NCBI GenBank assembly: GCA_963828485.1
Contig: CAWHEV010000009.1
Coordinates: 775,318-839,317 of the forward strand
DNA length: 64,000 nucleotides
From: an uncultured Chloroflexia bacterium
Lineage (GTDB): Bacteria > Chloroflexota > Limnocylindria > QHBO01
Direction of reading: 5' to 3'
This document shows positions 17,766 through 28,697 of this stretch, piece after piece. Every line of letters begins with the position of its first letter. Position 1 is the first letter of the stretch. A model generated the notes under the pieces. It saw only the letters and a program-made list of their open reading frames with translations. It ran no database searches and was not told where the DNA came from. A program made the position numbers and the translations under genes.

Positions 17766-17913
17766 CGTGCTCTGGACGATCCTCGTGATCCTCCTCGTCC
17801 TCTGGCTGCTCGGGCTGCTGGGGAGCGTGGGTGGAGCCTTCATTCACCTGCTGCTGGTGGTCGCGGCCGTCGTGCTCGTCTACCAGCTCCTCACGGGTCG
17901 CCGGGCCGTCTGA
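17766..17913 (+). CDS. lmo0937-family small membrane protein (apparent frameshift)
   Basis: VLWTILVILLVLWLLGLLG in one frame and SVGGAFIHLLLVVAAVVLVYQLLTGRRAV in the next. They join at a run of five G at 17819-17823. The combined sequence matches the conserved roughly 48-aa lmo0937-type protein. Confidence 0.5.
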
Positions 17914-18067
17914 CCGACGCCCGACGAACGGCTCCGCCCTGCGGGCCGGTGTGCGCAAATCGCGCCACTTGGCCCGTGCGGCGGAGCTTCCTGCTGCCCG
18001 GCACCGGGTCGGCGATGACCCGACGCGGACGGTGGCGGACGACTGACGCTACCATCGGCGCAGCCCG

Positions 18068-18787
18068 ATGCCTGACGACACCCTGCCGACCCCCGATCGC
18101 GTCCTGGTCGTGGCGGCCCATCCCGACGACATCGAGTTCGGCGCCGCCGGCACCATCGCTCGCTGGGTGAAGGAGGGCTCGCGCGTCCGTTACCTGATCG
18201 CGACGCGCGGTGACAAGGGCAGCGACGACCCGCACGCGGACGTGGCCGCGCTCGCCGAGCTGCGCGAGCGTGAGCAGCGGGCCGCGGCCTCCGAGGTGGG
18301 GGTGAGCGGCGTCGACTTCCTCGACGAGCCGGACGGCCAGGTCGAGGCAACCCTGGCGCTGCGCGAGCGCATCACCCGGTCGATCCGGGCCTTCCAGCCG
18401 GCCGTGGTGATGACTCACGACCCGACGGTCCTGTTCGTGAACAACGAGTGGGTCAACCACCCCGACCACCGGGCCGTCGGGCAGGCCTCCGTGGACGCCG
18501 TCTTCCCGACCGCCCGCGATCCGCTGAACTTCAGGGAGCACCTCGACGAGGGTCTCGAGCCCTGGAAGGTCGGCGCGCTGTTCCTGTGGAGCACCAACGA
18601 GGCGAATCTGCTCGTCGACATCGGCTCGACGCTCGACGACAAGATCGCGGCGCTGGAGCGGCACGCGAGCCAGTTCCGCTCGTTCGACGAGATCGGCCGA
18701 TGGGTCCGGCGCCGCAGCGAGGAGCTCGGCGAGCGCGCCGGGTACCGGGCCGCCGAGGGATTCCGCCGGGTCGTGCTGGCCACATGA
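18068..18787 (+). CDS. PIG-L family (LmbE-like) deacetylase
   Basis: AHPDDIEFGAAGT N-terminal motif and the HPDH motif. Confidence 0.8.
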   Translation: MPDDTLPTPDRVLVVAAHPDDIEFGAAGTIARWVKEGSRVRYLIATRGDKGSDDPHADVAALAELREREQRAAASEVGVSGVDFLDEPDGQVEATLALRERITRSIRAFQPAVVMTHDPTVLFVNNEWVNHPDHRAVGQASVDAVFPTARDPLNFREHLDEGLEPWKVGALFLWSTNEANLLVDIGSTLDDKIAALERHASQFRSFDEIGRWVRRRSEELGERAGYRAAEGFRRVVLAT

Positions 18788-20812
18788 GGCACGTTCGGCG
18801 GCTGCCGATCGCTCGTGGTCGCGGCGTGCGTCGTGGTGGCGTCATGTTCGTCGGCGGAGCCGACTCCCCAGCCGACGACGTTCCCGCTCGCCGGCCCGGA
18901 TGCCGCCGCGAGCGTGGCCGAGGCGTACCTGGCCGCCTGGTCCGCCGGCGACCACGAGGCGATGTACGAGCTCATCGATCCCGAGCAGCGCGAGCGCTAC
19001 CCGTTCGAGCGGTTCCGCGATCTTCACGCCGCGTTGGCCGAGATGACCGAGGCGGATGCCGTATCCGCCACCGCGACGGGTGCCACCCGTCGCGTTCGCG
19101 CTGCCACCCGAGGCGCGGCCGGCCCAGTTCCCGGCGCCCACCGCCACGCCGATGCCGACGCCGGACCCATCGGCCAGCCCTGATCCCTCTCCCACCCTCG
19201 AACCCACGCCCGCCCCGAGCATCGACCCGAATGCGCCGCTCGCAGGCCCGGTTCCGGCGCGATCGGTGCCCTTCGACCTGGCCGTCGCGTCGGGCCGCTT
19301 CGGCGACCTCGCCCTAGAACGCGCGCTGACGCTCGTCCACGGACCCGACGGCTGGCTGCTGCGCTGGAGCCCCGAGGTCATCTTTCCCGAGCTCGGGCCA
19401 GACGGCCAGCTCGTCCTCGAGCGCGACCTCTCGGCGCGCGGCCGGATCATCGGCGAGGGCGAGATCGTGTGGGCCGAGACACGGGACGATGGTGCCCGGG
19501 TCTACCCGCAGGAGGCTCTCGGAGGGCAGGTGATCGGCTACGCCACCGAGGTCACGGCCGAGGACCTCGAGACGCTCGCGGCCGAGGGGTATCGGACCGG
19601 CGATCTGGTCGGTCGGTCCGGCCTCGAGGCCGGCGCCGAGGAGCTGCTGCGCGGCACCCCCGGCTGGCGGCTGGTCGCCGTCGGCGAAGATGGCGCACGA
19701 ACCGTCCTGTACGAGACAGAGATGGTCCCCGGCGCCGATGTCGCCATCACGCTGCGGGCGGAGATCCAGTCGGTCGCGCAGCAGAGCCTCGCCGCGCGCG
19801 GGGCCGGGGCCACCGCAGTCATCGATCCCGCCAGCGGAGACGTCTGGGCCCTGGCCAGCACCCCGCGGGTTCAACCCGAACTCGATGACCATCGGGACCA
19901 CGCTGGCCGGCGAGCCTCTCGAGCCCGCCGGGCAGGCCCAGGTCTTCAACAAGGCGGTGCTGGGCGTCTATCCGGCCGGCTCGTCTCTCAAGCCGTTCAC
20001 CCTCGCGGCTGCGCTCGACGCCGGCGTCGTCACCCCGTTCAGCACCCGGACGTGTCCGCCGGCGTGGCAGTACAACGAGACATTCACGTTCCACAACTAC
20101 GAGGACCACACGCTGCCCGGCCAGGTGACCCTCGCCCAGGCGATGGCGTTCAGCTGCAACACGACCTACATGCCCCTGGCGTTCGAGGTCTACCAGGCGC
20201 AGGAGACCGCGCTCACCGACCTGCTCTTCGAGTTCGGGTTCGGCGCCGCGACCGGCATCGGCTACCTCATCGAGGACACCGGCATCGTGCCCGATGACGC
20301 GTGGCTGGCCTCCAACGGTCGCGGCGGCTACACCGGCTTCGAGCAGGTCCAGCTGGCCATCGGCCAGGGCGCGTTCCTGGGAACTCCGCTCCAGCTGGCG
20401 AACGCGTTCGCCGCGATCGGCAACGGGGGGACGCTGTGGCAGCCTCGGATCGTGGTGCGCGCGACGCTGCCCGACGGCACGGTCGCGCACGAGGTTCCGC
20501 CCACCGAGATCCGACGCATCTCGATGTCGGCCGAGGACCTCGCCTACGTGACCGATACGCTCCAGGCGGTCGTCACGCTGCCGTACGGCACGGGGACCGC
20601 GGCGTTCGCGCGGCTTCGGGATCCCCGTCGCCGGCAAGTCGGGGACGGCCGAGACCGGCGCGCCGGACCCGCACGCCTGGTTCCCCGCGTTCGCGCCGGC
20701 GGACGATCCGAGCATCAGCGTCGCGACGGTCCTGCTCAACATCCCGCTCGGGACCGGCGGCGCCGATGCCGCGCCGCTCGTCCGCCAGGTGATGGCCGCC
20801 CACTTCAACTGA
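18784..20812 (+). pseudogene. penicillin-binding protein (PBP2-like transpeptidase with MecA_N/NTF2-like N-domain), disrupted by about four frameshifts
   Basis: Pieces are spread over three frames. Lipoprotein signal MRHVRRLPIA/VVAACVVVASCSS (shift near 18812). NTF2-like AEAYLAAWSAGDHEAMYELIDPEQRERY (shift near 19085). Transpeptidase VIDPASGDVWALASTP followed by FNPNSM... (shift near 19866). SxxK/SSLKP, SCN and GTG blocks, then KSGTAE...AHFN* (shift near 20610). Confidence 0.7.
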
Positions 20813-21915
20813 CGGCCGCGCCCTCGACCGCCGGGGCGCGGTATGGCTGTACCTCGATCTCCGTGGCCTTGATCGAGACCCAGATCTCCACTCCTTCGGT
20901 CATGGCCATCTCGCGCGCCGCGTCGTCGGTCACTTCGGCCGTCAGCGGCAGCGGATGTCCGATGAGCACCCTCGCTCGATCGCCAAGGTGCTCGATGCGC
21001 TCGATCCTGGTCGGCCAGGCGTTGCGAGGGCTTCCCTGCGGCTGGCTCAGATGCACCGCGATGGCCGATGCGCGAATCACCGCCAGGACCGGGCCGGCGA
21101 TCTCGTGGTCGGCGACCCGCAGGCGATGCGAGCCCGTGTCGATCACCCCGGCGCCTGCCGTGCCGGTGACGAGATTGGAGCCGGTAAGGTCGGCAACGTA
21201 CGGCGTGCGCGGACGGCGCCGAATCTCATCGACCGTGCCCGACTGCGTGACCGAACCGTCCTCGAGGATGTGGATCTCATCGGCCAGGAGGAAGGCGTCG
21301 GTCGGGTCGTGGGTGATGAGCAGCCGTGGCCCCTCGAACGCGCTGAGGTGCTCCGCCAGCGTGCGCCGCAGCTCGATGCGCGTCGTGCACGTCGAGGGCG
21401 GCCAGGGGCTCATCCAGGAGGAGAAGGCGTGGCTCGGTGACCAGTGCCCGAGCCAGCGCCACGCGCTGGGCCTGCCCGCCGGAGAGGCTGCCCGGCTTGC
21501 GGTCCGCGTGCCCATCGAGCCCCATCCGCCCGATCCACGTGGCCGCCCTCGCTGCCGCCTCCGCACGCGCCACACCGCGGCTGCGGAGCCCGAAGGCGAC
21601 GTTCTCCGCGACGGTCAGGTGCCCGAAGAGCAGGTAGTCCTGGAAGACGACGCCGACGCGCCGAACCTCCGGCGCGAGGTACGTGCCCGCGCCCGGGTCG
21701 TCCAGCGTCTCCCCGTTCAGCCGGATCCAGCCCTCCTCGAGCCGAAGGAGGCCGGCGAGGGCCGCCACGGCGGTCGACTTTCCGGCGCCGTTCGGCCCGA
21801 GCAGCGCGACGGTGCGTCCGGGAGCGATGTTCAGCGACACGTCGAGCCTGAACGTCGGACCGCGGCGCAGCGCCATGCGTGCGTCGAGCCCGATCGGTGC
21901 CGCGTCTCGAGTCAC
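20805..21915 (-). CDS. modC: molybdate ABC transporter ATP-binding protein ModC (apparent frameshift)
   Basis: Walker A GPNGAGKST, LSGGQAQRVALARAL and LLLLDEPLAALDVH in one frame. The TRIELRRTL... plus C-terminal TOBE/MOP domain follow in the next frame (junction near 21385). GTGA overlap with modB. Confidence 0.75.
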
Positions 21916-22724
21916 AGCGCGCGCACCCACCGCTCGCGAAGGACGATCAGGACGGCGAGTGAGATGGCGACCATGACCAGGCTCAGCGCGACCGCCGCGT
22001 CCCGGTTGCTCTCCAGGGCGAGGAAGACGGCGAGCGGCAGCGTCTGCGTCCGTCCCTCGAGATTCCCGGCGAAGGTGATCGTCGCCCCGAACTCGCCGAG
22101 GGCTCGCGCCCACGTCAGGACCAGGCCGGCAACGAGGGACGGCATGATCATCGGCAGCGTGATCCGACGCAGGACCGTCCAGCGACCGGCGCCGAGCGTT
22201 GCGGCAGCGGCCTCGTAGCGCGAGTCGAGGTTGCGCAGCGCGCCCTCGACGGTGATGACGAGAAACGGCATCGCCACGAACGTGTTGGCCAGGATCACGC
22301 CCCAGATCGAGAAGGGGAGGAGCAGCCCGGTCGAGTCGTAGATCGGACCGCCGATGAGACCGCGTCGCCCGAGCGCGAAGAGGAGCGCCGCTCCGCCGAC
22401 GACGGGCGGCAGCACCAGGGGCAGAACCACGAGGCCTCGTACGACACGCCGCCCCGGGAAGGCCACGCGTGCCAGCAGCCAGGCCAGCGGCAGCCCGATG
22501 ACGAGGGCGATGGCCGTGGCGGCGACCGAGCTGACGATGGAGAGGCGAAGCGCCGCAACCACCACGGGCTCTGCGAGCAGGCTCGGCAGCTCGAGCCACG
22601 GCGTTCGGGCGAGGAGGCCGATGAAGGGCAGGGCGAAGACCGCGATCCCGATGAGGCCAAGCACGACGAGCGCGGCGGGCGGCCGCCCTCGCCACGCACT
22701 CTCGTCGCGGCCGCGGTGGGTCAA
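21912..22724 (-). CDS. modB: molybdate ABC transporter permease ModB
   Basis: ABC permease with EAA-like loop ARALGEFGATITFAGN. Overlaps modA and modC. Confidence 0.8.
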   Translation of the reverse strand: MTHRGRDESAWRGRPPAALVVLGLIGIAVFALPFIGLLARTPWLELPSLLAEPVVVAALRLSIVSSVAATAIALVIGLPLAWLLARVAFPGRRVVRGLVVLPLVLPPVVGGAALLFALGRRGLIGGPIYDSTGLLLPFSIWGVILANTFVAMPFLVITVEGALRNLDSRYEAAAATLGAGRWTVLRRITLPMIMPSLVAGLVLTWARALGEFGATITFAGNLEGRTQTLPLAVFLALESNRDAAVALSLVMVAISLAVLIVLRERWVRAL

Positions 22725-23515
22725 GGAGAGCCGAAGCCGTACTGGTTCAGGATCGCCTGGCCCTCGTCGGACAGGATGAAGCCCACGAACGCCGATGCCG
22801 CATCCGGGTTCGGGGAGCGCGTCAGCGCCGCGATCGGATACTCCGCCACCACGTTGACGTCGGCGGGGATGTCGATGCCCTCGACGTCATCGGCAAAGTC
22901 GGGTGCCTGCACGTCGGTCACGTAGACGATTCCAGCGTCGAGCTCGTCCTCGGCGATCTTCGTCAGCAGCGCCCGGACGTCTGGCTCGTTGGTGTCGATG
23001 ACGGGCGTCACGCCGGCATTCTCCAATGCCTGACGGCCGAAGTCACCACACGGCACCTCCTCGGCGCACAGGCCGATGAGCAGCGAATCATCGGCGAAGT
23101 CCTCGAGGCCGGTGACCCCTGCCGCATTCCCGGTCGGGACCGCGATCTGGAGGGCATTGGTCGCGAAGATCTCAGGGCCCTCGGCCTCTCCGGCCGCGAC
23201 CACCTGGTCCATGTTCGAGGCGTTGGCCGACATGAAGACGTCGGCCGGGGCGCCCTCGAGAATCTGCTCGCGCATGGCCGAGCTGCCGGCCAGATTGAGC
23301 TGCACGTCGAGGCCCGGATGCACATCCTCGAAGGCCACCTCCACCTCGGCCAGGGCGTCGGTGAGCGAGGCCGCCGCGAAGACGAGGAGGTCTCCTTCGA
23401 CCTCCGGTGCCGTCGACCGGGCTGGTTCCGTCGAGGCCTCGGTGGTGGCGCAGCCCGCGGCAGCCAGCACGACCCCGATCGCTACGAGGGATCGAACCTG
23501 CGCCATCGCAATCAC
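22721..23515 (-). CDS. modA: molybdate-binding periplasmic protein ModA (lipoprotein)
   Basis: Signal peptide with lipobox AAGCAT; ModA-type solute-binding protein (LVFAAASL..., GIVYVTDV). Confidence 0.8.
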   Translation of the reverse strand: MIAMAQVRSLVAIGVVLAAAGCATTEASTEPARSTAPEVEGDLLVFAAASLTDALAEVEVAFEDVHPGLDVQLNLAGSSAMREQILEGAPADVFMSANASNMDQVVAAGEAEGPEIFATNALQIAVPTGNAAGVTGLEDFADDSLLIGLCAEEVPCGDFGRQALENAGVTPVIDTNEPDVRALLTKIAEDELDAGIVYVTDVQAPDFADDVEGIDIPADVNVVAEYPIAALTRSPNPDAASAFVGFILSDEGQAILNQYGFGSP

Positions 23516-23871
23516 CTCATGGGGAGCGGCGAGAGTCTAGTGCGCAATGGGAACGCGCGGCGATGCCAGCTTGCATGAGGTGGGGCTAACGGCCACGCAG
23601 GCGCTGTCAGGGCCGCCATCTCGGCGGATCTGTGGTGTCAGGCGGGCACACCGGGCACGCAGCGGAGCGACGTTGGCCGTTGGTCCCACCGGGTGCAAAT
23701 CAAACGCCCTGGGAAGCGCAGACCCGGAGGCGTGCGCGCGGCCGCTCAGTCGCCCCGGCCGGCAACCAGGGCTGCGTCGCCTTGCGCCGTTCACGAGCGA
23801 ACGGGTAGCATCGGTGCTGCCGCTCCTTCGAAGCCCATGGACAAGTCCGCGCGGAGAGCGACGACGACGCA

Positions 23872-25845
23872 GTGATCAGCGATACCGCGATTCCACTGAG
23901 GTTCCAGACTGCCGAGGTCGGCGTCGACTGGCTTCAGTGCAATATCGAGTGCCAGGAAGGCTGCCCGGTCAACACGAACTGCCGGGGCTACCTGATGCTG
24001 GCCGCCGAGGGGCGCTTCGAAGAGGGATACATCCTCGCGCGTGATCCGAACCCGGTCGCCGCGATCTGTGGATACGTGTGCTCAGCGCCGTGCGAGAAGG
24101 CCTGCCGCCGCGCCGACATCGACAAGCCGCTCGCCATCCGCGCCATGAAGCGCTTCCTGGTGGACTGGCACTACGGCAACAACATGCCCGACCACGTCGT
24201 GGTCGCCCCCGCCACCGGCCACAGCGTGGCCGTCATCGGCGCCGGTCCGGCCGGGCTCGCCGCTGCCAAGGAGCTCGGCAGCTGGGGCCACGAGGTGCAC
24301 GTCTACGAGGCGCTGCCCTCGGGTGGCGGCACGACGCTCATCGGCGTGCCGGCCTTCCGCCTGCCGCGTGACGTCATCGAGCTGGACGTGAACTGGGTCG
24401 CCAAGCACGGCGTCCAGTTCCACTACAACGTCGAGATCGGGCGGGACATCACGCTCGAGCAGCTCCGCCAGAAGCACGACGCGGTCGTGGTCGCCACCGG
24501 CTGCATGTACCCGGTGGCCATGAATGTCCCCGGCGAGGAGCGCGACGGGGTGATCTACGGCGTCGACTTCCTCAAGCGCGCCAACCTCGGGCAGCCGCAA
24601 TGGGTCGGCGAGCACGTCGTCATCATCGGCGGCGGCTACACCGCCATGGACTCATCGCGGACCGCCCTGCGGCTCGGCGCCAAGACCTCGACGATCATCT
24701 ACCGCCGCGGGCCGGACGAGATGGTGGTCGACGAGGAGGAGCAGCACGAGACTCGCTTCGAGGGCGTGCAGTTCGAGTTCTTCGCCTCGCCGGTCGAGGT
24801 CACCGCGGGACCCGACGGGCGGGTGAACGGGATGGTCTTCCAGCGGACGCGCCTCGGGCCCCCCGACGCCAGCGGACGGCGCAGCGCCGAAGCGATTCCC
24901 GGCAGCGAGTTCACCGTTCCGTGCGACATGGTCATCCCGTGCACCAGCCAGGCATCGGACAACAACGTGCTCGGCGAGTTCGGAGCCAAGCTGAACCGCC
25001 ACGTCGGCGTGACCGACACGCGCTCAGTGGTCGAGGGCGGCAGCCTGAGCTCGTGGCGCAGCGCGCCGCTCAACGGAACGACGCCGAAGGACGCCCAGGG
25101 GCGGCCGCTCAACTCGCTGACGTTCGACTTCAACCGCGGCAACGTCTCGATCAACGCCGACACCTTCGGAACGTCGTCGGACGGGATCTTCGCGGTCGGC
25201 GACTTCGTGACGGGCCCGGCCACGATCATCGAGGCAGCCGGCCTCGGGCGTCGAGCGGCACGCTCGGTGGATCGCTGGCTGGCAGGACTGCGCGGCACCG
25301 ACCTCGAGGAGCTGCCGGTCATCAATCGCGCTGTGATCACCCAGAGCCTCGAGCACGACATGCCCCGCTTCTACGAGGCGACCCATCGCCAGGAGATCCC
25401 GATGGCCCCGCCGGAGCTGCGCCGCGACTTCAAGTCACTGGTCGAGGTCGGCTACGACACGCGCGGGGCGATCGCGGAGGGCACGCGCTGCCTCCAGTGC
25501 AACCACAACATCAACATCGATGGGCCCCGCTGTATCCTGTGCGGGCTCTGCGCCGACGTCTGTCCCGAGGGCGTGATCTACATGATCGACAAGGCGCAGG
25601 TCGGCGGCGACGACCCGGAGCAGGGCTTCTTCCAGTCGTGGCCACGCGGGATCGCCATGATCATCGACGAGGAGCGGTGCATCCGGTGCAACCTGTGCGT
25701 CGAGCGCTGCCCCACGAACTGCATCACCATGGACCGGCTCGAGCTCGAGCGGTTCACGCCTGACGGGAAGGTTCTGTTGGAGAGCTACAAGGACAACGTG
25801 CTCGGGCAGGTCGGCCAGCAGGCCGGCATGGCGGCGGACCGATGA
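23872..25845 (+). CDS. GltD-like NAD(P)H-dependent FAD/Fe-S oxidoreductase with C-terminal 2x[4Fe-4S] ferredoxin domain
   Basis: N-terminal Cys clusters ([10 protein letters not shown]...C and [13 protein letters not shown]). FAD fold [14 protein letters not shown]. Second dinucleotide fold [13 protein letters not shown]-terminal [26 protein letters not shown] and [16 protein letters not shown] overlap with the cytochrome b6 gene. Confidence 0.8.
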   Translation: MISDTAIPLRFQTAEVGVDWLQCNIECQEGCPVNTNCRGYLMLAAEGRFEEGYILARDPNPVAAICGYVCSAPCEKACRRADIDKPLAIRAMKRFLVDWHYGNNMPDHVVVAPATGHSVAVIGAGPAGLAAAKELGSWGHEVHVYEALPSGGGTTLIGVPAFRLPRDVIELDVNWVAKHGVQFHYNVEIGRDITLEQLRQKHDAVVVATGCMYPVAMNVPGEERDGVIYGVDFLKRANLGQPQWVGEHVVIIGGGYTAMDSSRTALRLGAKTSTIIYRRGPDEMVVDEEEQHETRFEGVQFEFFASPVEVTAGPDGRVNGMVFQRTRLGPPDASGRRSAEAIPGSEFTVPCDMVIPCTSQASDNNVLGEFGAKLNRHVGVTDTRSVVEGGSLSSWRSAPLNGTTPKDAQGRPLNSLTFDFNRGNVSINADTFGTSSDGIFAVGDFVTGPATIIEAAGLGRRAARSVDRWLAGLRGTDLEELPVINRAVITQSLEHDMPRFYEATHRQEIPMAPPELRRDFKSLVEVGYDTRGAIAEGTRCLQCNHNINIDGPRCILCGLCADVCPEGVIYMIDKAQVGGDDPEQGFFQSWPRGIAMIIDEERCIRCNLCVERCPTNCITMDRLELERFTPDGKVLLESYKDNVLGQVGQQAGMAADR

Positions 25846-26585
25846 GTGACATTCCCGGCCAGGGCGGCAACCCGATCACCCGCTGGGTGAAGGAGTCGTC
25901 GGCATGGCGCAGCCTCTTCCGGCAGCCCTACCCGACGACGAGTCGGACGCGTGCGCTGGCCGTGATGAACAACGTGTTCCTCCACCTGCACCCGGTGCGG
26001 GTGAAGCGCCACGCCGTGCGATACACGTACACGTTCTGCCTGGGCGGCATCAGCTTCTTCCTGTTCCTGGCCCTGACCGTGACCGGGCTGTACCTGATGT
26101 TCTTCTACGTGCCGTCCATCAGCCAGGCCTACCAGGACATCCAGGGCATCGAGGCCTCGGTCGCCTTCGGGTCGTTCGTGCGCAACATGCACCGCTGGGC
26201 AGCGCACCTCATGGTGCTCACGGTCTTCCTGCACATGATTCGCGTCTTCTATCACGGGGCGTACAAGCCGCCACGCGAGTTCAACTGGGTCATCGGCGTG
26301 CTGCTGCTGTTCTTCACGCTGGCGCTGAGCTTCACCGGGTACCTGCTGCCGTGGGACCAGATCGCGTTCTGGGCCATCACCGTCGGGACCCAGATGGCGA
26401 CGTACGCGCCGCTGCTGGCCAGCGAGTCGAGCTTCTTCATCCTGGGCGGCATCTCCGTCGGGCAGGGCACGCTGCTGCGCTTCTACGTCGCCCATGTGAT
26501 CTTCTTCCCGCTCATCGCGGCCATCCTCATGATCGTCCACTTCTGGCGCATCCGGAAGGACGGCGGGGTCAGCGGACCGGTATAG
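25842..26585 (+). CDS. cytochrome b6 (N-terminal half of split cytochrome b)
   Basis: Cytochrome b N-terminal domain with conserved haem-ligand His-containing helices ([24 protein letters not shown]); 247 aa. Confidence 0.85.
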   Translation: MSDIPGQGGNPITRWVKESSAWRSLFRQPYPTTSRTRALAVMNNVFLHLHPVRVKRHAVRYTYTFCLGGISFFLFLALTVTGLYLMFFYVPSISQAYQDIQGIEASVAFGSFVRNMHRWAAHLMVLTVFLHMIRVFYHGAYKPPREFNWVIGVLLLFFTLALSFTGYLLPWDQIAFWAITVGTQMATYAPLLASESSFFILGGISVGQGTLLRFYVAHVIFFPLIAAILMIVHFWRIRKDGGVSGPV

Positions 26586-26600
26586 GGAGCCGATGCACCG

Positions 26601-27218
26601 ATGACGATCGAGAAGCGACCCAACGCGACCGCCGACAAGAACGCGCCGACGCAGGCGCCTGAGCGCGCGCCGATCGTCGCGCCCGGCACCGGGCCGAAGC
26701 TGCCCGGGCCACCCGGCGTGCCGGGCACCGAGCGCTTCCGGCTCCTGGCCTACGTCAAGCAGGAGTCGATGGTCCGTGTCGACAAGCGGCCCGACGAGAC
26801 GGTGCTCACCTGGCCGCACCTGCTGCGCGCCGAGTTCCTCATGGCCATGCTCATCACCGGGCTGCTCGTGGTCACCTCGGTCTTCATCGTCGCGCCCCTG
26901 GAGGAGATGGCCAACCCGGCCGTCACGCCGCACGTGGCGAAGGCACCGTGGTACTTCCTCGGGCTCCAGGAGCTGCTGAGCTACTTCAACCCGACGGTCG
27001 CGGGCGTCCTGATCATCCCGGTCTACCTCGGCGGCCTGATCGTCATCCCGTACATCGACCGCTCGCCGTACAAGGCCGCGCGTGATCGCAAGATGATGTG
27101 GGTCTTCTTCCTGTGCATCATGATCGGCGGCCTGATCGTGACCTTCATCGGCTCCTTCTTCCGCGGACCGGGCTGGCAGTGGGTCTGGCCGTGGGACGGC
27201 CTGTTCTTCACGCTATGA
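26601..27218 (+). CDS. cytochrome bc/b6f complex subunit IV (C-terminal half of cytochrome b)
   Basis: PWYFLGLQELL (PEWY-like motif) and three TM helices typical of PetD/QcrB C-terminal domain. Confidence 0.8.
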   Translation: MTIEKRPNATADKNAPTQAPERAPIVAPGTGPKLPGPPGVPGTERFRLLAYVKQESMVRVDKRPDETVLTWPHLLRAEFLMAMLITGLLVVTSVFIVAPLEEMANPAVTPHVAKAPWYFLGLQELLSYFNPTVAGVLIIPVYLGGLIVIPYIDRSPYKAARDRKMMWVFFLCIMIGGLIVTFIGSFFRGPGWQWVWPWDGLFFTL

Positions 27219-27871
27219 CCCAGCACGCGTCGTACGGACCCGTCCACGGCCCGCCGACCGGCGAGATCAGTCGCCGCGGGTTCATGCGACGCATGCTCGG
27301 CGTGGGTGTCGGGCTGCTGACTCTCGAGTTCCTGGGCGGCACGATCGCCTTCCTGTGGCCGAACCTCACCGAGGGCCTCGGCGCGCAGATCACGCTGGGC
27401 AGCGCCGATGAGATCAACGCCGTATGGCCCGATTGGGCGAACGGACTTCCCTACATCTACAACCAGGCGAACCTCTTCTTCGTGAACGTGCCCGCGGCGA
27501 AGGCACGCGTCGACGGCAACGGCACGGTCACCAGCCCGATTCCTGATCCCGGGTCGGACCTCAGCCCCGAGCTTCCCTTTGCGGATCGCTCGGCCATCGC
27601 GCTCTACCGCAAGTGCCCGCACCTCGGCTGCCAGGTCCCGCAGCTCTGCGAGCAGAGCCAGTGGTTCGAGTGCCTGTGCCACGGCTCGCAGTACACCATC
27701 CTCGGTGAGAAGCGCGGCGGTCCCGCCCCGCGCGGGATGGACCGCTTCGAGGTCGTCTTCACCGATGGTGCCTACGTCGTGGACACGAGCGAGATCGTCT
27801 CGGGCCCCCCGCCGGGCACGGTCACGTTCGACCCGCGCGGTCCGGGCGACACCGCACACTGCGTCGGCTGA
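27215..27871 (+). CDS. Rieske [2Fe-2S] iron-sulfur protein of cytochrome bc-type complex
   Basis: Twin-arginine signal RRGFMRRMLG; Rieske boxes CPHLGC and CLCHGS. ATGA overlap with subunit IV. Confidence 0.85.
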   Translation: MTQHASYGPVHGPPTGEISRRGFMRRMLGVGVGLLTLEFLGGTIAFLWPNLTEGLGAQITLGSADEINAVWPDWANGLPYIYNQANLFFVNVPAAKARVDGNGTVTSPIPDPGSDLSPELPFADRSAIALYRKCPHLGCQVPQLCEQSQWFECLCHGSQYTILGEKRGGPAPRGMDRFEVVFTDGAYVVDTSEIVSGPPPGTVTFDPRGPGDTAHCVG

Positions 27872-27874
27872 TCG

Positions 27875-28687
27875 ATGCGCCTGAAGACGCTCGGCGTCCT
27901 CCTCATCGTCGCGTTCGCGGCGTTCACGATGCTCTACTGGTTCACCGACGCCGCGCGACGTGAGTCCATCGCGGTCGAGCAGGAGGAGGAGCTCCTCGAG
28001 TTCGGCGAGCTCGTCTTCAGCAACTCGGAGACCGAGCCTGCCGCGGCCGGCTGCGCCCGGTGCCACGGCGATGACGGCATGGGCGGCGAGATTCCGAACG
28101 ATCCGGACGGGCGCCTCGCCCCGAGCCTGCACACCGCATCCCTGGCCAACAAGCTCGCGGTCAACCCCAACTACGTCCACCTGGCCGTCAGCTTCGGCGG
28201 CGTGGTCGTCTCGGGCAACGTCAACTCGCCGATGCCGGCCTGGAGCGCGGAGGTCGGCGGACCGCTGAACGTCCAGCAGATCGACGCGGTCGTCGCGCTC
28301 GTCACCGAGTGGGCCGAGGCGGCCGGCGAGGAGCCGCCGGAAGACATCCCCGACACGCCCGAGGCCGGAGCCGAGGTCTTCGCGTCCGCCGGCTGCACCT
28401 CGTGCCATGGAGCGGATCTGACCGGCAGCACGGCCGGACCTGACATCTCGACCATCGGATCGGGGCTCGTCGACCTGTCCGGGTTCACCGAGCCCTCGCA
28501 GCTCGAGCAGATGGAAGCCGACTTCGCAGACGATCCGCGCAACTTCCTGGAGCTCTGGATTCGCGACTCGTCCGCCAACTACAACGACGGCGACGCCACC
28601 GGCATGCCGCCGCATCCCGAGGATGCGCTGTCGGACAGCGCGCTCCAGGCCCTGATCACGTTCCTCCTGACGCAGACCGGCGAGTGA
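27875..28687 (+). CDS. membrane-anchored dihaem c-type cytochrome
   Basis: N-terminal TM anchor and two CxxCH motifs (CARCH, CTSCH). Confidence 0.8.
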   Translation: MRLKTLGVLLIVAFAAFTMLYWFTDAARRESIAVEQEEELLEFGELVFSNSETEPAAAGCARCHGDDGMGGEIPNDPDGRLAPSLHTASLANKLAVNPNYVHLAVSFGGVVVSGNVNSPMPAWSAEVGGPLNVQQIDAVVALVTEWAEAAGEEPPEDIPDTPEAGAEVFASAGCTSCHGADLTGSTAGPDISTIGSGLVDLSGFTEPSQLEQMEADFADDPRNFLELWIRDSSANYNDGDATGMPPHPEDALSDSALQALITFLLTQTGE

Positions 28688-28697
28688 GGGCGAATCG

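Noticed and set aside
17891-18664. 257-aa ORF antisense to the PIG-L deacetylase gene
   Set aside because: No conserved motifs. The opposite strand encodes a strongly supported PIG-L protein (AHPDDxE).
23516-23871. Possible molybdenum-cofactor riboswitch or other RNA in the 356-nt gap between modA and the flavoprotein gene
   Set aside because: I could not recognise the conserved Moco-RNA elements by eye in either orientation. The gap more likely holds two divergent promoters.
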